Positions 53,570 to 64,000 of a stretch of 64,000 bases of DNA are shown here, piece by piece (position 1 is the first letter of the stretch; each line of letters opens with the position of its first letter). The stretch is from Eledone cirrhosa (taxonomy: Eukaryota), in the NCBI GenBank assembly GCA_964016885.1, contig OZ024745.1:108624001-108688000 (forward strand). Direction: 5' to 3'. Under the pieces are notes generated by a model. That model saw only the letters and a program-made list of their open reading frames with translations. It did no database searches and was not told where the DNA came from. Position numbers and translations under genes: made by a program.

Positions 53570-54010
53570 GTTTCTATTTATTGCCACGAGGGCACAAAAG
53601 AAGGGGACAAATACAAAGGGGGGAGTTTACACAAAAGAACGAGTAAAAAAAAACAAATAACAAATATAAAATTAACAATAAAGTCCTCAATAGGGAGGAG
53701 GCGTTTTGGGGGGGGTCGCACACAGGAGGCATTTTTGGGGGTTGCACACAGGAGGCATTTTTGCACACAGGAGGGATTTTTTGGGAGTCGCACACAGGAG
53801 CACAGAGAGAGGGTGCTCCCTTGTTCTTCCATCTTTTTCCCCTACAGGCTGATATAGAGAGAAGACCCATTCACACGGGCCATTCTCGCCACTTTCACCC
53901 ACCTTTCATAAAACTGGCTGGGGTGGAGCACCTCTCTCTCCATCCTGATCCTTCTTCCGAAATGATATCAGAAGAAAAGAGTGACAGCCTGTCTAATATA
54001 TGCAAGTATA
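53570..54010 (-). mobile_element. Tx1-like LINE 3' fragment (ORF2 C-terminus and 3'UTR)
   Basis: RKIRMEREVL...FMKRWVKVARMARVNG matches the 39608-39805 peptide. Confidence 0.8.
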
Positions 54011-54079
54011 AACAATAGATATTAAACAGTAGTGATGATGATGATGAAGAACCCACTTAAATTGACCACACTATATGAT

Positions 54080-55680
54080 AATAATAATAATGAAAATATT
54101 GTGTACAGTGCTCAGGTGCACTACAACTCATCAAAAGTGTATGTATAGTACATAGGGTAATGTACAAACGTCAGGAAAATTAACAGTGCATGAGTCATGA
54201 TATACACATGTGTGCATGTGTATGGAAGGGGGACATCAGGTGTAGTTTTGGCGAATTTCGGGAAGCATGAGGGTTTAAAAGGATGCAGTGTCTCCGCAGC
54301 TAACAACTGACGCAGGCAGTTTGTTCCATGCTTCAGCAACTCTGAGCGTCAAAAAATGTTTCTGAAAGTCATAGGAGCTGTGCTGTTTTCTGACTTTGTA
54401 GGCATGTCCACGTGTGTTAGACACATGGAGATCAAAAAGGTGCTCAGGGTTGTTGTTGGCGAGATGGTTAATAACTTTGTGGGAGTTTACCAAGTCCATT
54501 GCCAAACGTTGGAGCTTCAATGAATCCATGCCCAGGGAAGCAAGGCATTCAGAGTATGGTAGGTGTCTGATGGAGGTCATGCGCTTGGTTGCACATCTCT
54601 GAACAGTTTCCAGGAGGTCAATGTTCGGAGCAAGACTGATGATGCGAATTCCAAGTGTGGTTGTACCATAGCTATATACAGCTTTAAATAGATGGCTGGA
54701 GAGCGGCTAATAAAGGTCTTACTGAGTGATGCCAAGACACCCTCGGCCTTCTTGACAATCTTAGACATGCTTTGTCCAACGCAAATCGCTGCTGACAGTA
54801 ATGCCCAGGTCACGTTCACAAGAGGACTTCTTGATATCAGTGTTGTGGAGGGAATATGTGGACGCTGGATTTTTCCTCCCAAAATACATGGTGGTACACT
54901 TGTCCACAGCCAGCTTCAGTTGCAAGTCTGTGATCCATTGCTGCATTGTGTCCAGGTCTGATTGTAAGAAAGAGTTATAGATTTCAGGATCTGTCCTTTT
55001 GATTTCAAGGTACAGCTTGATGTCATCTGCATATTTCAGTACTGTGGCATTCTTTAAGTTAGCATCTATGTCATTAATATATGCCACAAACAAAAGGGGA
55101 CCAAGAACAGATCCCTGGGGTACACCAGATGACATCTCATATGGTGAAGAATGCTGTCCTAGAACCGTGACTACCTCTTTTCGGCTGAGAATGAAGGATT
55201 TCAACCAGTTAAAAAGATCATCCTTCACACCCATTGCAGAGAGTTTCGCCACAAGTCTTTTGTGTGGCACAGAATTAAAAGCCTTAGCGAAGTCATGGTA
55301 AACAACATCCACCCATGAGCCGCTGTCAGTGATCCTCAAGGAACTCGATAAGCTGATCACAGCAGCTGGAGTTAGGGATAAATCCAAATTGCGAGGGCCG
55401 GATGAGGCTGTGAGAGCTCCAGAAGTTTCAAAGTGTTTCTCTGACACAGGATTCCATCAGTTTGGCAATACAGCTAGTAAGACTGACTGGACGATAGTTG
55501 ACAGGTGATGTGCAGTTTCCCTTTTTGAAGAGGGGAATGACACTGGCAGTTTTCCACTGCTCCGGAGTAGCACCATTGTTGAGACAGTATTGAAAGAAGA
55601 AAGAAAGCTGGTGCAAAAGTAAGTACCCGCCACTTTTGAGAAGCAGGTATGTAACACCATCAAGACCAGGGGAGGCATAG
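54080..55680 (-). mobile_element. 5'-truncated CR1-like LINE (RT and 3' end), degraded
   Basis: NYRPVSLTS, QFGF, VDVVYHDFAKAFNSVPH, SGVPQGSVLGPLLF, YADD, TRGH; 3' stem-loop GTGC-ACCTGA-GCAC and an (ATT)n tail. Confidence 0.9.
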
Positions 55681-55751
55681 TTATTGTATGCATATATAAC
55701 TGGCAATAGTAAGGCTATACCAATACGTTTACTGTATATAAGCATATAGAG

Positions 55752-55915
55752 CTGGCATGGGCAACATTTTTCGAGCAGTGAGCTGCATAAGATGTGGCTT
55801 ATCATAAGGCAGACTACACTAGTAAAATGTTCAGAGGAATTTTGAAATTAGTCATGCCGTTTGGAAAGCCTTACAAGCTACATGTGGCTCCTAGGCTACA
55901 GTTTGCCCATGACTG
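55752..55915. mobile_element. hAT-type MITE
   Basis: TIR CTGGCATGGGCAA / TTGCCCATGACTG; 8-bp TSD ATATAGAG / ATATAGTG. Confidence 0.7.
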
Positions 55916-56392
55916 ATATAGTGTATGCTTTCATATATACCCCTATTATACTTAAACATTGTCTTAGTACTAATAGTGAGGCTATCAATCTGTTTATTTT
56001 ATATAAACATATAACATTGTATGTAAATGTATAGAATTTAATTAGCTGACAACTTGAAAACATGGAGGATGACTATTATGAAGATTTGTTTATATAAACA
56101 CTGCCTTTTCTTCCTTTCTCTTACCTTCTAACTCGTTCCTACAACCACATATACCGATATGCATATGTGTATGATATATATATATATATATACATATATC
56201 AAAAGTTGGGACCCCGACAGTTGAGCTCTTGCCATCTCAACAACTAGTTTCAGTCTGGAAGTAGCTGTTGAAATGACAAGAGCTCAGCTGTCAGAGTTCC
56301 AACTCTTTCATATAACCATACTCTACTACCCCAAGTATTGAGTACTCTGTTGAGTAATGGTGTAACCATTTCTAACTGAATCCATCCTGATT

Positions 56393-56447
<55 letters not shown>

Positions 56448-56859
56448 ACACATATGTATACATTTATATATTTACATAGGCATACATACACAAAATCCTA
56501 TATACATACATATAGAATTATACAGATATATACCAGTATTTTTTCTTATGATGTCCAAAATCTATGATCAGATTGTTTCCAAATTATACTTGAATCTTTC
56601 ACTAGTCTGTCAGGAATTAGACATTTCTGATAACAGATATCCTGACTAGCATTATATGGAAAACTTAATGAGTGATATCTTTTCTTGTAAAATGGATTGG
56701 AACACATTTTGGCATGGCACCATCCTGCTGTATTCATGAATATAGACTAAACATTTTCACACTTTTTATGCACATATGAATATAAATGCGTGTTATACCA
56801 AGTTGTTGTTCATGTGTAAATGCATGATTGTGCATTTTGATTATTATAGATTTAACATA

Positions 56860-56938
56860 TATATGTGCATTTGTATATATATATATATATATACATGTAT
56901 ATATGTATGTATGTTATGTATATATTATGTATTTTATG

Positions 56939-56971
<33 letters not shown>

Positions 56972-57033
56972 ACATGTATATATCTATGTATGTTATGTAT
57001 ATATTATGTAATTTATGTATATATTATCTATTT

Positions 57034-57079
<46 letters not shown>

Positions 57080-57118
57080 ATGTATATATTATGTAATTTA
57101 TGTATATATTATGTATTT

Positions 57119-57185
<67 letters not shown>

Positions 57186-57221
57186 TATGTATATATATAT
57201 ATGTGTGTGTATGTAAGTATG

Positions 57222-57254
<33 letters not shown>

Positions 57255-57261
57255 ATGCATG

Positions 57262-57302
<41 letters not shown>

Positions 57303-57765
57303 ATGTAAGTATGTATATATATGCCTGATTGTGTATTGTGATTTCTATCAAGTTTAATAACATGTGTGTATCTGTGTATATGCTTTATATAATTATAAAT
57401 ACATACATGTGTGTGTGTTTATATATATATGCATGTATACATGAATGTATTTGTTGTTTGATATATTAATAAAGTTATACATATGAACTTCATCATCACC
57501 AAAGATAATATTGATAGTGTATAAATAAATATATCTGAATGCATACTAACACACAGATACACACTAATGTACATAGAAGACCTTCCCAACACACACAATG
57601 ATATATATATATATATATATACATATATATATACACACACACACACATGTATATATATATACATATACATATATACACACACACACACATATATATATAT
57701 ATACATATACATATATACACACACACACACACGTATATATATATATACATATACACATATATGTA

Positions 57766-57796
<31 letters not shown>

Positions 57797-58020
57797 ACAC
57801 ATATATACATATATATATATACATATACATATATATATATATATGCACACATATATACATATATATATACATATATATATACACACATATATACATATAT
57901 ATATACATATATATATACACATATATACATATATATATACATATATATACATATATATATACATATATATATATATACATACATATATATATATACACAC
58001 ATATATACATATATATATAC

Positions 58021-58056
<36 letters not shown>
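56860..58056. repeat. (TA)n/(CA)n-rich microsatellite region
   Basis: Direct reading. Confidence 0.9.
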
Positions 58057-58057
<1 letters not shown>

Positions 58058-58394
58058 ATCATCATCATTTTTATGTCCGCTTTTCCCTGCTTTACAAGAC
58101 TTGGCAAGCTATTTAGAACGCTGGTTTAACCGCTTTACTTCCCTCCGAAGAAGAGATACTATCTCGAAAATTAAGGACATTTAAATAAATTTAAGGTAAA
58201 AGACTAATTGTCAACAATATCTTTTGCATTTACATTCTTTATTCTATGTCCATACCTGCATTGTTTTGCTTTATTATACATATACAAACGTTTATACCTC
58301 ATTACACAATGCTTCAAGTGAACTATAACTTCCTCCTGTTATTATAATATTATTGTTATTCACACACACTCACACACACACATATATATGATAC

Positions 58395-58619
58395 TTAACC
58401 CTTTCATGTTCAAACCGGCCAAAACCGGCCAGAATTCTCTACCTCTTTCTGTTGAAACTGGCTGTAACCAGTTGCTCTAACTGATGTTAAGGTGTTGTTC
58501 TCAAAATAAATACTTTCAAAATTTCAGATTCAATATTATGTGAAATATTATGTGAGGTAAAGCCTTTATCATGAAAATATAATAGTAAATATAGAGTAAT
58601 ATGAATACTAAAGGGTTAA
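58395..58619. mobile_element. piggyBac-like MITE
   Basis: TTAA ends; close to 8137-8364. Confidence 0.85.
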
Positions 58620-58992
58620 TCTTATTTACATGGAAGATTTCATAGATATTTTGACCTTTGATAGCTTCCTTCTTGATAGCTTCCTTCTCTGTTCTGTATG
58701 ACAATCTTTCTGCCTATGTGTTTGTTTAATTCTATTAGTTTTCACTTCTATACATGTGACTTTGTATATTTCTCCTAAGATGTTTATATGAATTTATACT
58801 ATCCCAAACATTATGATTTATCAACACTACTTTATACATGTGTGTGGTGTATGTGTGTGTGTGTGTGCATACATATATATATGTTCCATGTAAACAGAAT
58901 TCCCAGCAGTCAGAAGTTCAAAAATTATATCTCATGTTGAATCAAGACTGTCATCTTGAACTATCAACAAACATTGGCTATTTGTCAGCTAA

Positions 58993-59219
58993 GATACTTG
59001 ACCAGGATATTTGACGAGATTATTTGACGAGGTTACCTCACGAGGATACCTGACTAGAATACTTCACGAGGTTACCTGACGAGGTTACTTGATGATGATA
59101 CCTGGCCAGGATAGCTAATAAAGTTACCTGATGAGGTTACCTGACCAGGATACCTGAACAAGTTACCTGACAAGGATACTTAATGAAGATACCTGATGAA
59201 GTTACCTGACAAAGATACC
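58993..59219. repeat. Degenerate 13-bp minisatellite, about 17 copies
   Basis: Consensus G(A/T)TACCTGAC(G/C)AG. Confidence 0.9.
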
Positions 59220-59334
59220 AGTCTCTGCAGTAGAATGATTCTATTATGACAGATGCTGGTTTGTTACTAAGAAGGAAGAACTTCACCAATATGAAAGACA
59301 ATTTCTCCAGTGAGACAACAATTAATGAAATAAC

Positions 59335-59550
59335 TTAACCCTTTAACATTTACATTACTCTATAAATACTATTATATTTTCACAGTAAAGGCTTTACCTC
59401 ACATAATATCAAAACTATGAGATTTTGATATTATTTATTTTGAGAATAATACCTTAACATCAGTATGAGCAGCTGGTTACAGCCGGTTTCAGCAGAAAGA
59501 GGTGAGATAATTCTGGCCAGACATGGCTGGTTTAAATGCTAAAGGGTTAA
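59335..59550. mobile_element. piggyBac-like MITE
   Basis: TTAA ends and family body. Confidence 0.85.
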
Positions 59551-60607
59551 GTCAACCATCAGTGATAGAGAGGAACAGAACAAGGCCAATGGCTAATCTG
59601 ATCTGACCACCAAAATATATAAATATACAGATAAATACAATTTGTCTGTGACCACGGAGAAAACTGACCACGGAGAAAACTGACTACTAGTAACTACTAC
59701 CATAATTTGTAATAAGCTAAGGACCAATTACCATCTGACACACCACCACCACCCCTACAGAACCTCTAGTACTACCTGTTGACCAACAACTATCTATCCA
59801 CCAAAGCTAAGCCAACAAAAACAGACAACCATTTCTTCCTTCTTGCTCTACCATCACCCTAATGCAACAAGCATTTCCACCTTTGTGTTATCCAAAATAT
59901 CATAGCTCTCCTTATATAAGCCTTATTGAACACACAGCTTCTGTTATTTAGCCCCTTTGATACCAACTAAAACTCCCTATGTTTCTAGGAAATGAATCTA
60001 CCTATTTTAAAGGGCTCCTACTTAAATTATAACATTCCTACATAATTCTCTATAAGATCATTTTGTTATATTACAAATACCATCTAAATGAAATTATAAT
60101 TTTAGTAAATCATTCAAAAATTCTTCACTAATTAATTAAAGTATGAATTATTTCATTAGAAATATGGTAATGAAAGGGTTAATATTCCTTCAGGGACTAC
60201 CACAAAACAAAAAAAGCAAATAACAAAAAAAAAAAAAAACAATGTCCAACTATGAAAAGGTTGTTTCTTATAGAAGGAATATTTAGAAGAAAGCAGCATC
60301 TAAAAGAACTAATCTCCAGGTTATCTTAAAGAAATAATAATTTTTGTGAGAGAAATTTCATAAAATTAAGACTCTGCAATGTTCACTAGTTTCTCAAAAC
60401 TGATTGCAGAATGAAGAACCATTTTCACTGCATTGTTGGTAATTTCATTAACAAATAAATTACATTTTCTGATAATTACATTAACATTACATTACTGATT
60501 ATTTCATTGATCTCATTTAAATTGTTATTAATTAAAATGTGAAGAATGTCTTACATGATGTTGACAATAATCATAAATGATGGAGGAAGAGGAGGGGGTG
60601 GGGGTAG

Positions 60608-61296
60608 AATAAAGATGATGATGGTGATGATGATGATGATGATTATGAGGCTGACACTGATGACTTTGAGGCCAATAATGATGATGATGATGATTACGAG
60701 GCTAATGATGATGATGATGATGATGATGATTATTATGAGACTGATGATGATGATGATGATGATAATGATTATGAAGCCAACAGTGATGATGATGATGATG
60801 ATTATGAGACTGACATTGATGATAATGATGATGATGATGGTGATTACAAGGCTAACACAGATCATGATGATGATGATGATGATGATGATTATGAGACTGA
60901 CGTTGATGATGATGATGATGATGATGGTGATTACAAGGCCAACACAGATCATGATGATGATGATGATGATTATGGGATTGACATTGATGATAATGATGAT
61001 GATGATGGTGATTACAAGGCCAACACAGATCATGATGATGATGATGATGATTATGGGATTGACATTGATGATAATGATGATGATGATGGTGATTACGAGG
61101 CCAACACAGATCATCATGATGATGATGATCATCATTATGAGAACGACACACATGTTAATGATGATGATGATGATGATGATTATGAGGCCAACAGTGATGA
61201 TGATGATGATTATGAAGCCGATGATGATGATGATGATGATTATATGACTGACATTGATGATGATCACTGTCATTATAATGAAACTGACAACAATGT

Positions 61297-61327
<31 letters not shown>

Positions 61328-61375
61328 AACTACATTGGTAAAAATTTAAATAGCTGTTATATACAATTTCAATAG
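60608..61375 (+). repeat. (GAT)n-based higher-order repeat with a stop-free Asp-rich frame
   Basis: Translated by hand: repeats of DDDDYETDIDDNDDDDGDYKANTDH, 255 codons without a stop. Confidence 0.85.
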
Positions 61376-61823
61376 AGAGATTTTGCTAACAAGATATTCA
61401 TGGCTATAATAAAATAATGATAATTAATTTCTTCTTGATAACATCATATATTAATTGATTTATATATATGCATACACACACACTCATGTATATCATCATC
61501 CTCTTACATATATACATATTATATATATATATATATATATATATAACCCTTGCAAGCAGGGAAAAGCAGAAGTAAAATGATGATGATGATGATGATATAC
61601 ACACACAAAGATTTCTAAATGGAGATATCCACTTAGTTTTGTCTAAACAAGATGATTGTTTATATATATATATATATAATATATATAATATATATAATAT
61701 ATATATATATATAATATATAATATATATAAATATAATATATATATATATATAATATATATATATATAAATATATATCATCATCATCATTTTACGTCCGTT
61801 TTTCCCTGCTTGCAAGGGTGGGA

Positions 61824-61859
<36 letters not shown>

Positions 61860-61904
61860 CACATAAGAAACAGAGAATCAGTGGTGCGACGAATAGGATT
61901 TATT

Positions 61905-62001
61905 AGACATATTACAATCGTTTCTCTGGCGACCAGCTCGAGGCACGATCGATGCAATGATCAAACCTGACTCTGAAATCGCAAGATCCTCAGATATGTC
62001 T
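61905..62001 (-). ncRNA. Type I hammerhead ribozyme with an extended, branched stem II (GUA site)
   Basis: AGACAUAU-CUGAGGA-UCUUGCGAUU...GGUCGCCAGA-GAAA-CGAUUG-UA-AUAUGUCU; perfect 8-bp stem I; the insert lies between two (TA)n tracts. Confidence 0.85.
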
Positions 62002-62043
62002 CGATTCTATGAAGCAGAGTTTCCAAATAGGCATTCTTTATCC

Positions 62044-62173
<130 letters not shown>

Positions 62174-62174
62174 A

Positions 62175-62362
62175 GGGCGGTGGATTGGCAGTATCGGTAG
62201 AGAGTTGGATGCCATGCTTTCCAGCATAGTTACGTCCCTTTATGGTCTGAGTTCAAATCTCGCCGAGGTTTACTTTGCCTTTCATCCTTACAGGGTCGAT
62301 AAAATAAAGTACCAGTAATGCACTGGGTAATTGCTGGCCTTGTGCCTAAAGTAGAAACAATT
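62175..62362 (+). mobile_element. SINE family A, full length
   Basis: GGGCGGTGGATTGGCAGTATCGGTAGAG head, B box GAGTTCAAATC. Confidence 0.85.
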
Positions 62363-62469
62363 ATATATATAATGGTTAAAGAATGCTTTCAGTAATGGAT
62401 GACCATGGGATTTGCACCTAGAATGTTCCCCTTCAAAGCACAAGCCTGAGTAAGGTATTTTTGTGGAAC

Positions 62470-62925
62470 ATCATGCTGGTGACACAAGAAAAAAAGCACC
62501 TAGTCTACCCTATGATATGGTCAAGTTGATATGGACACAAAAACAGAACTCAGTTCACCCTATAAGGTGGTCATGCTGGTGACAGGACAAAAAGCATCCA
62601 GTCCACCCTGTAAGGTGGTCATGCTGGTGAAATGACAAAAAGTGCTCAGTCTACCCTGTTAGGTGATAGTGCTGGTGACAACAAAAACCATCCAATCCTA
62701 CCTGTTAGATGATCGTTTTGGTACCATATTAAAAACCACGTAGTCCACACTGTAACATGGTTTGTTTTAGGAAAGGCATCCAACCATAGAAACCATGCCC
62801 ATGCCATAATACAGATCTGTATGAGCAAGACATTGTCACCTGACCTGACTTGCCTCATAATGTGACAACCTATCTAACCCATGCAAGCATGGAAAATGGA
62901 CATTAAACATCGATGATGATGATGG
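62470..62925 (+). repeat. SINE B-like 3' region with a tandemly expanded subunit of about 45-50 bp
   Basis: About 6 degenerate copies of GTCATGCTGGTGACA..AAAAAGCA.CCAGTC.ACCCTGTAAGGTG, then the (GAT)n tail. Confidence 0.7.
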
Positions 62926-63472
62926 CTACACAACTAATATAGGATTGGATTACTTGAAAAATTAGATAATACACTAGACAGACTAAGAAAATAAAAAAAG
63001 ACAGTATACAGCAGATAAAATGAAATATATATACTACGGATATTGAATCTTCCAAGAAAAGTAATTATAAAAAATACTAATACTACTAATTTCACTAATA
63101 TTAATAGAAAAGTAAAAGTATGGTTGAACAACTTAACTTAGATAATTATTTTGAGGTATCATGACCAAGACTATCTAGATTAAATTTAAAGGATCATAAG
63201 CTAGACTTCAATAATAGTCTGTCTGTTAGACTTATCAGCCTTTCCACGTCAGATATAGGACATATAAGTAAACAAATATTAGATAAATTAATACCAATTG
63301 TATAGAAGATGGTAGGACTTAGTTTGTGAGGTAATACTGATGAGGTGATTACTTAGTTTGTCAGACTGAACATCAAGAAATGAACTAAATGTTTGTAATT
63401 TGATATCAATAGTTATTATTCTATCTCGCCTATTCTATTAAAGTTCAAATCCAAACTAAAAAGTTTTCTACT

Positions 63473-63695
63473 TTAACCCTCTAGCATTTAAATCAGCCAT
63501 ATCCAGCCAGAATTCTCTCACCTCTTTCTGTTCAAACTGGCCGTAACTGGCTGCTCATACTGACATTAAGGTATTGTTCTCAAAATAAATAACATCAAAA
63601 TCTCATAGATTCAATATTAGGTGAGTAATTATGTAAGATAAAGCCTTTACCACAAAAATCTAATAGTATATATAGTGTAAATGCTAAAAGGTCAA
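63473..63695. mobile_element. piggyBac-like MITE
   Basis: TTAACCC start, family body, degenerate right end. Confidence 0.8.
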
Positions 63696-64000
63696 CTAAG
63701 CAGGAAATTGATAACATCCTTAACTGCTAGGTATTTGGTGGTTGAGTTTGACGATTTTATATGACTAGTAAAAACAGAGAGAATCTAAACTATAATAAAG
63801 TAAGAAGCGCGGGATTGCGTACGGTTTATAATTTTTTATCCCCTTAGTAAAATAAGTTGGATTACTTTGAATAAATAATGAATGAATATTACATAATTTA
63901 TCTACTAAATTTCGTGGCTGTTCATTAAATATATTTTATTATTTATTTAAAGATTCACTTCTTTAAAATTTTCAAATGTCAACATTTTCGGTGGCGATCG

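Noticed and set aside
55337-55447. Apparent foreign insert in the CR1 RT ORF
   Set aside because: Another frame gives the expected LIRPSQFGF...DQLIEFLED, so it is a stop plus frameshift rather than an insertion.
58993-59219. CTGATGAG/CTGACGAG words as hammerhead cores
   Set aside because: They are part of a 13-bp minisatellite, with no GAAA or stems in register.

Overview
Repeat-dense, AT-rich eukaryotic DNA, apparently intronic or intergenic. The long (TA)n/(CA)n/(GAT)n microsatellites and tRNA-derived SINEs suggest a cephalopod (Octopus-like) genome, which is inference only. No host gene can be called with confidence, and most ORFs in the track are microsatellite artefacts. Recognisable mobile elements: a full-length but frameshifted Tx1/L1-clade LINE (39355-44946, minus), a 5'-truncated CR1-like LINE, a decayed Penelope-like fragment, RTE and R4/Dong 3' fragments, a deleted DD37D Tc1/mariner, two hAT MITEs, about 11 copies of a TTAA-flanked piggyBac-like MITE and two SINE families. 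The main unannotated signal is a set of type I hammerhead ribozyme (HHR) folds read directly from the sequence. There are 5 with an intact core, 2 mirror copies of a U4A variant, 1 decayed, 1 weak and several half motifs. They belong to several unrelated short elements that sit in or beside (TA)n tracts and are often arranged as divergent fold-back palindromes. This looks like a set of microsatellite-associated, ribozyme-bearing non-autonomous Penelope-like or retrozyme-like elements. All folds were done by eye and none has been tested.
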